Assembly: GCA_963765675.1 (NCBI GenBank)
Contig: CAVXXK010000001.1
Location: 1,888,001 to 1,952,000, forward strand
Direction: 5' to 3'
DNA: 64,000 nt
DNA from: an uncultured delta proteobacterium
Lineage (GTDB): Bacteria > Desulfobacterota > Binatia > Binatales > Binataceae
Shown here: positions 58,910 to 64,000 of the stretch, one piece after another
Position numbering within the stretch: position 1 is the first letter of the stretch
Layout of the letters: the number at the start of each line of letters is the position of its first letter
Program-made: the position numbers and the translations under genes
Notes under the pieces: generated by a model
The model's database searches: none
What the model saw: only the letters and a program-made list of their open reading frames with translations
Told to the model about the DNA's origin: nothing

Positions 58910-60067
58910 ATGGATCAGCAGGCAGCTTCGGGACGTAGAACCCGCGCGGTTGAAATCGGCGCGATCAGGGTGGGCGGCGGAAATCCGGTCGTCGTGCAAT
59001 CGATGTGCGCGACGCGCACGATCGACATAGATCTGACCGTCGCGCAGGCGCATCAACTCGCCGATGCGGGCGCGGGAATCGTGCGGATCGCGATGGACTC
59101 GGACAAGGAGATCCCCGCGATCAAGGAAATCCGCAAGCAGACGGCGGGCATCAACCTCTCGGTGGATTTGCAGGAGAACTATCGCATCGCCGATCGCGTC
59201 GCGCCGTACGTGGACAAGATCCGCTACAACCCCGGCCATCTGCATCATATCGAGAAGAAGAAAACCATCGAGCAGAAAGTGAAGTGGCTGGTCGAAGTCG
59301 CGCGCGACAACAACGTCGCGATTCGGATCGGCGTTAATTGCGGCTCGGTCGCACCCGCGTTCCTGGAAAAATTTCCCGGCGATCAATTGGGCGCGATCGT
59401 CGAGTCGGCGGCCTACCACTGCGACCTGATGGACGAGCTTGGCTTCACGCGTTTTGTCGTGTCGCTCAAGGACTCCGAGCCGCAAAAGGTAATCGACGCC
59501 AATCGCCGCTTCGCCCAGCGTCGTCCCGACGTGCCGATTCATCTCGGAGTGACGGAGGCTGGACTTCCGCCCGACGGCATCATCAAGACCCGACTCGCGT
59601 TCGAGAAGCTGCTCGCGCAGGGAATCGGCGAGACGATTCGCGTCTCGCTGACACTGCCCAACGAGCGCAAGCACGAAGAAGTGCTGGTCGGCCACAAGAT
59701 TATCGGCGACGTGCAGGCCGGCCGCTTCATCTCGGTGCCGGAATTCGGCAAGGGCCTCAACATCATCTCGTGTCCGTCATGCTCGCGGGTCGAGAACGAG
59801 AAATTCGTCGAGCTGGCCCAGCAGGTCAAGGTGCTGAGCGAGTACGCGTCGAAGCATCGCATCACGATCGCCGTAATGGGATGCCGCGTGAACGGCCCGG
59901 GCGAGACCGACGACGCCGATCTGGGTCTATGGTGCGGGCCGACGACGGTAAACCTGAAGAAAAAAGACAAGAAGGTCGGCTTCTTCAGCTACGACGACGT
60001 GCTGCCGCGGCTCAAGATCGAGCTGGACAAGCTGATCGCGCTTCGCACCGACGCCTCGGCGAACTAA
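58910..60067 (+). CDS. ispG: (E)-4-hydroxy-3-methylbut-2-enyl-diphosphate synthase
   Basis: [31 protein letters not shown] and [10 protein letters not shown] motifs. Confidence 0.96.
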   Translation: MDQQAASGRRTRAVEIGAIRVGGGNPVVVQSMCATRTIDIDLTVAQAHQLADAGAGIVRIAMDSDKEIPAIKEIRKQTAGINLSVDLQENYRIADRVAPYVDKIRYNPGHLHHIEKKKTIEQKVKWLVEVARDNNVAIRIGVNCGSVAPAFLEKFPGDQLGAIVESAAYHCDLMDELGFTRFVVSLKDSEPQKVIDANRRFAQRRPDVPIHLGVTEAGLPPDGIIKTRLAFEKLLAQGIGETIRVSLTLPNERKHEEVLVGHKIIGDVQAGRFISVPEFGKGLNIISCPSCSRVENEKFVELAQQVKVLSEYASKHRITIAVMGCRVNGPGETDDADLGLWCGPTTVNLKKKDKKVGFFSYDDVLPRLKIELDKLIALRTDASAN

Positions 60068-60086
60068 TCCTGCCTGATCGCGCTGC

Positions 60087-60482
60087 TCACGCGCGTACCA
60101 CGCGTAAGCGGAGATGCCGCTCGAAGGGATCGAAGTCACGATCGCAATGCAGCAACTCGTGCCCTTCGACGATACAGAACGTCGCGATTAGCGTGTCGAT
60201 AGTGGTGCGGACCGTCGCTCCGCAGGCGCGAAGCTTGCGGTGATTCTGCACCGCCGCGATCGCGATCTCGCGGCCCGCCATCGGACGGCATTCGAGTGCG
60301 TCGAGCTGTCCAAGCGCCCGGTGAAAATCGAGATCGGAACGAAATCCCTGCAGAACCTCGGCAAGGATTAGGTCGCCGATCAGCAGCTCCTCGGCTCCGA
60401 GCAGACGGTTGAGCAGGTCGGTCTCGGCGGTCGCCCGGCCGTTGAAGTAGTTAATCCAGACCGAGGAATCGACCACGATCAT
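60087..60482 (-). CDS. vapC: PIN-domain toxin (VapC)
   Basis: IVVDSSVWI, EVLQG, D.LIA and DRDF motifs. Confidence 0.9.
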   Translation of the reverse strand: MIVVDSSVWINYFNGRATAETDLLNRLLGAEELLIGDLILAEVLQGFRSDLDFHRALGQLDALECRPMAGREIAIAAVQNHRKLRACGATVRTTIDTLIATFCIVEGHELLHCDRDFDPFERHLRLRVVRA

Positions 60483-60686
60483 CGCTTCGGAAAGCGGTCA
60501 CGCCGCATCGCCTTCAGATCGCCTTCCCATTTGAGCTTGCCGCGGAGACCCTCGGATTCGCTCCTGTTGCTTTAGCCTCACCAGGAGCCGCAACGCGCTT
60601 TCCACCGCCTCGCGCTTGGTGGCCGCGCCCGAAACACGCATCGCCTGCTCCATCAACTCGTCATCGATTACGATATTAGTCCGCAT
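60479..60686 (-). CDS. vapB: VapB-type antitoxin with apparent +1 frameshift at about 60550
   Basis: MRTNIVIDDELM...TKREAV motif. Deleting one base restores LRGKLKWEGDL and an ATGA overlap with vapC. Confidence 0.85.
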
Positions 60687-60740
60687 GGCTTCGCTCTCGA
60701 TGTGTATGCTACGTCGCTATCATACACATTACTAGCCTAT

Positions 60741-61051
60741 TCATTCCCGCGCCCTTCGGCAGGCTCAGGGCAGGCTCCGGCTGGTGCACGAGAGAAATCC
60801 CCGGACGAGAGGCCGCTGCTTGAGTTGTGGGCTTGGAGCATGGACGCCTCGGGATTCCTCGCCTATGGCTCGGAATGACGGATGTAGGCTCGATGCATGA
60901 GTATCGTAGTCTCCGCCGAGCCCTCGACTCGTCATTTCGAGCCCAAGGCGAGGAATCCCGAGGCGTTCGCGCACTCACTTGCGAGTTGCATAGAGGCCGG
61001 CGGCCGAGCACGGGATTCCTCACGCACGGCAGCCACGCGCGCGGGAATGAC
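60741..61051. repeat. Array of four alternating family A units with a nested CCCTTCGGCAGGCTCAGGG palindrome
   Basis: Units at 60741-60800 (+), 60844-60880 (-), 60930-60966 (+) and 61012-61051 (-). The inner pair is 34/37 complementary. Confidence 0.88.
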
Positions 61052-61071
61052 ACCTTGGCGAATTCGGCCCG

Positions 61072-61827
61072 CTAGCGCGCTTTGCGCGCTGAGAGCAGGA
61101 AGTGCTTGGCTGTGAACGACAATGGATGCCCCGAATCGAGCCGCGCCTGAAGCTTTTCGAGCGCGCCGCGATGCCGTGCGACTGAAAATCCTTCGACGAC
61201 CCAAGGGACGTTGACGAGAAAATAGACCAGCGCGCCGACATCGGCAAAACCCGTTCTCACTTCGCATTCGCGGATATCAAGAACATTTAGTCCGCAAGCT
61301 TCGGCGCTGCGCGCTACATTCTGAGCATTGTGCTCGGGCCACTTGGGATGGCTGCCAAAAATTTCCATGAGGTCGGCGAGCGAATCGCCCGCGACTTGTT
61401 GGGTCAGGAAGCGCCCGCCCGGCGTTAAGATGCGCGCAACCTCCGGCAGGCCCAGAGGACCGCCATGGCGATTAAGGACCAGCTCGACAGTTTCATTTCC
61501 AAGCGGAAACCGTTCTCCCCCGTCGTCCAGGCCGAGCACCGTGACGCCCAGCGGAGTAAGGCACTTGCGAGCTTCGATGACATTGGGCGGCCATGCTTCG
61601 AGCGCAACGGTACGCGGCGTTAACGGAGCGAGCGACTCCAAAACCTCACCACCGCCGGTATGGATGTCGGCAAGCGACGCCGCCTGCGCGACGAGCTCGC
61701 GGGCCAATGCCATGTAATCCCATGACATTTCATCGGTTCGCATCCGCTCCCGGATATAGGAGAAATCCCACCCCTTGAAAGGGGCGGTCTCGTCCGCAAG
61801 CCATTGCTCATACAACGCGGCGCTCAT
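61072..61827 (-). CDS. Class I SAM-dependent methyltransferase
   Basis: GWDFS, DIHTGGGE and RILTPGGRFLTQQV motifs. Confidence 0.88.
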   Translation of the reverse strand: MSAALYEQWLADETAPFKGWDFSYIRERMRTDEMSWDYMALARELVAQAASLADIHTGGGEVLESLAPLTPRTVALEAWPPNVIEARKCLTPLGVTVLGLDDGGERFPLGNETVELVLNRHGGPLGLPEVARILTPGGRFLTQQVAGDSLADLMEIFGSHPKWPEHNAQNVARSAEACGLNVLDIRECEVRTGFADVGALVYFLVNVPWVVEGFSVARHRGALEKLQARLDSGHPLSFTAKHFLLSARKAR

Positions 61828-61850
61828 CGATCTTCTTCTGGACCGGCTGG

Positions 61851-63017
61851 TTAGACTACTTGGCGGAAGGCCATTGCCGGGACGACGCGCATTGCCTGCA
61901 TCACGGGAATGATCGCGCTGGCGATACTCACTATCAGGGCCACAATGATCGCCGCGATCGCGGTCTCGGGGCGCACCTGGATGTAGCCGAGGAGGCCGGT
62001 TATTTCGCCGAGACGAACGCCGTGGCCGAAATAGTACAATGCGCACGCGGCGCCGATCACTGCTCCGGCGAGGCCGATCATCGCCGCTTCGGAGAACAAG
62101 AGAATCCCAATGTGCGATCTCGTGAATCCTAGCGCGCGCATCACCGCGACTTCGCCAATCCGGTCGCGCACCATCATCGCCATCGAATTTCCTGCGATCA
62201 GCAACACGGTCAACAGCACGACGATGCACAGGCTATAGATAATCGTGCGGATGTTTCCGATCGCGCTAACGACGTTGGCAACCGAATTCGATTCGGTCGT
62301 GGTTTCGGTTTCCGCGTCGGAATTGTGGAAATTATCGTCAATCTCGGTTGCCACCTGGCCCATGTTCTCGGTCTGGTCCACGCGAACCAGCAGGAACGAC
62401 GCCCGGTCCTGAATATTCGCGCCGTAAACTTTATTCACCGCATCGTCGAACATCCGGCGGTCGAAGAGAAAGGCGTGCGACATATATTCATTGGGAAACA
62501 CGACCAGCGGGATGAATGTCAGCGTGAGCCGGGAATCGCCGGGATTAGAAAGGGTGACCGGCTGTCCAAGTTTCCAGCCATACTCGTCCATCAGCGCGTA
62601 TCCGATCATCGCATAGCGCCGGTCGGTCAGTAGCTTCTTCGCCAGATCCGCGGGCACCTGGTAGTCACTGCTCGCGGTTACGTTTGTGATATCCGGGGTT
62701 ACTCCATAGGTGATGATGGGACTTTTGGGATCGCGATAGATCGCTCCCCATAAAATCTCCGGCGCGCATCCGAGTACATGCGGAAGCTTTTTGATTGGAC
62801 CGCAATAGCGCGCGGGCAGGTTATTGTTATTACGCTCGGTGACCACCAGGCGCAGCCCCTTGGATGCGTTGGCGGCAATTCGATCCATCGACCACGGCAC
62901 CGCGACCAGCACCGTGTATATAAACACCGCGACGGCGAACGTCAGCGCGGTCAGGATCGTGCGCCGAAGCTGGCGGCGCATGTTCCGAAACGCGATGGTT
63001 AGAAGCTTCCCGATCAT
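61851..63017 (-). CDS. FtsX/MacB-like ABC transporter permease
   Basis: RN..R..RRTILT and VRDRIGEVAVMRALGF motifs. Confidence 0.9.
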   Translation of the reverse strand: MIGKLLTIAFRNMRRQLRRTILTALTFAVAVFIYTVLVAVPWSMDRIAANASKGLRLVVTERNNNNLPARYCGPIKKLPHVLGCAPEILWGAIYRDPKSPIITYGVTPDITNVTASSDYQVPADLAKKLLTDRRYAMIGYALMDEYGWKLGQPVTLSNPGDSRLTLTFIPLVVFPNEYMSHAFLFDRRMFDDAVNKVYGANIQDRASFLLVRVDQTENMGQVATEIDDNFHNSDAETETTTESNSVANVVSAIGNIRTIIYSLCIVVLLTVLLIAGNSMAMMVRDRIGEVAVMRALGFTRSHIGILLFSEAAMIGLAGAVIGAACALYYFGHGVRLGEITGLLGYIQVRPETAIAAIIVALIVSIASAIIPVMQAMRVVPAMAFRQVV

Positions 63018-63033
63018 CTTCGACCTCGGTAGC

Positions 63034-64000
63034 TCACGCCTCTCTGAGTGCCCCAATAATCTCCTGGCGTGACGCGCGCAGCGCCGGCATCAGGCCGCCT
63101 ACGATCCCGATGATAGTTGCCACGATGATTCCGGCCGCGAATGCCCCGATGGTCGGCCGATAGGAGAAGAACATCGCGCCCACGGTCATCGAGCGGCTGG
63201 TCAATCCTGTCGCCCACGCCACGATGATCGAGAGCACGACGCCGGTTGCGCCGCCGGCGATTCCGAGCAGCGCGCTTTCGATCACAAAGCTGCCCAGTAT
63301 ATTTGCGCGCGAGAAACCGAGCACCCGCAGCACACCGATTTCGCGTCCGCGCCGCGTCACCGCGGTGTACATCGTATTCATCCCGCCGAAGATGGCGCCG
63401 ATCGCGAGCGCCAGGGCTACGATCAATCCGAGGTTCCTCAGTTGCGCGACTACTTTGATCTGCGCGGCGTAGTATTCAGCCTCATTTTCCGCGTCGACGC
63501 TCAAACGGCCATCGGATTTGATCGCATTTTGAAAGTCGGCGCTTCGGCCGGGTTTCAGCACCACGTGCAGCGCCGTCGAGCCGCCGGGATCCCAATGGCG
63601 ATCGTTGATGAGATCTTCGATATCAGTCCAGATTTCCGATTCGCGTTCGCTGTCGTTGTCGGAGAAAACCCCGACAATTTTCCAGTCGCGATGGCTGTAG
63701 TGAAACGTCGTGCCTGGCGCCAGGTAAGGAAAGCGCGCGAAGAGCTTGCGTCCGATCACCCATTCTCCATCGCCCCGCACCGGCCAGTGACCTTCGACGA
63801 TGCGCAGGTTCGGATGAACTTCGTATGCGATCGGTTCCACGCCGCGCAGAATCGCGAACTCCTTGGCGCCCTTGGTGCGGCTGATATTCACGCCCGCGAT
63901 GGTCTCGCGCGAGACTAGAGGATGATGTCCAGCGTCAGTCGCGATTTCGGGCCGCACTCTTAGAATCTCGGTCGAGGGATGCGGAACGAAGCTCTGGTTC
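63034..64000 (-). CDS. FtsX/MacB-like ABC transporter permease (5' end outside the window)
   Basis: NTMYTAV..R.REIGVLRVLGF motif. The frame continues to the window edge. Confidence 0.88.
   Translation of the reverse strand, partial: NQSFVPHPSTEILRVRPEIATDAGHHPLVSRETIAGVNISRTKGAKEFAILRGVEPIAYEVHPNLRIVEGHWPVRGDGEWVIGRKLFARFPYLAPGTTFHYSHRDWKIVGVFSDNDSERESEIWTDIEDLINDRHWDPGGSTALHVVLKPGRSADFQNAIKSDGRLSVDAENEAEYYAAQIKVVAQLRNLGLIVALALAIGAIFGGMNTMYTAVTRRGREIGVLRVLGFSRANILGSFVIESALLGIAGGATGVVLSIIVAWATGLTSRSMTVGAMFFSYRPTIGAFAAGIIVATIIGIVGGLMPALRASRQEIIGALREA

Noticed and set aside
60741-61051. Possible CRISPR array
   Set aside because: Repeats alternate in orientation and vary in sequence and spacing, and there are no cas genes. 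This is a REP-like array.

Overview
GC-rich bacterial chromosomal window. The gene repertoire (DUF1329, CoA-transferases, Cys-less thiolase/OB-fold/MaoC cluster, FtsX-like permeases) suggests a Binatota/deltaproteobacteria-like organism; this is inference. Housekeeping content: tRNA-Gln, prs, rplY, dnaE, hflX, tadA, glnA, citrate synthase and ispG, plus many catabolic and transport genes, a vapBC pair and two apparent islands (about 16.9-23.2 kb and 52.0-53.6 kb), each with a decayed gene-fragment duplicate at one edge. The main unexplained structure is a family of (C)GTC-tagged REP-like hairpin repeats with a covarying fold: a 5-bp stem, tandem GA/GA mismatches and a variable inner hairpin. 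One inverted pair tightly brackets a stand-alone 94-aa GIY-YIG nuclease (24763-25213). A 43/44-identical copy lies in a nuclease-free doublet after glnA, a 53-bp inverted pair brackets a lone ABC permease, and a four-unit array sits next to vapB. This suggests a RAYT/REPIN-like system driven by a GIY-YIG nuclease (hypothesis). Four single-base insertions between 48.5 and 60.6 kb probably reflect assembly errors. All product calls come from motif recognition by eye; no searches were run.
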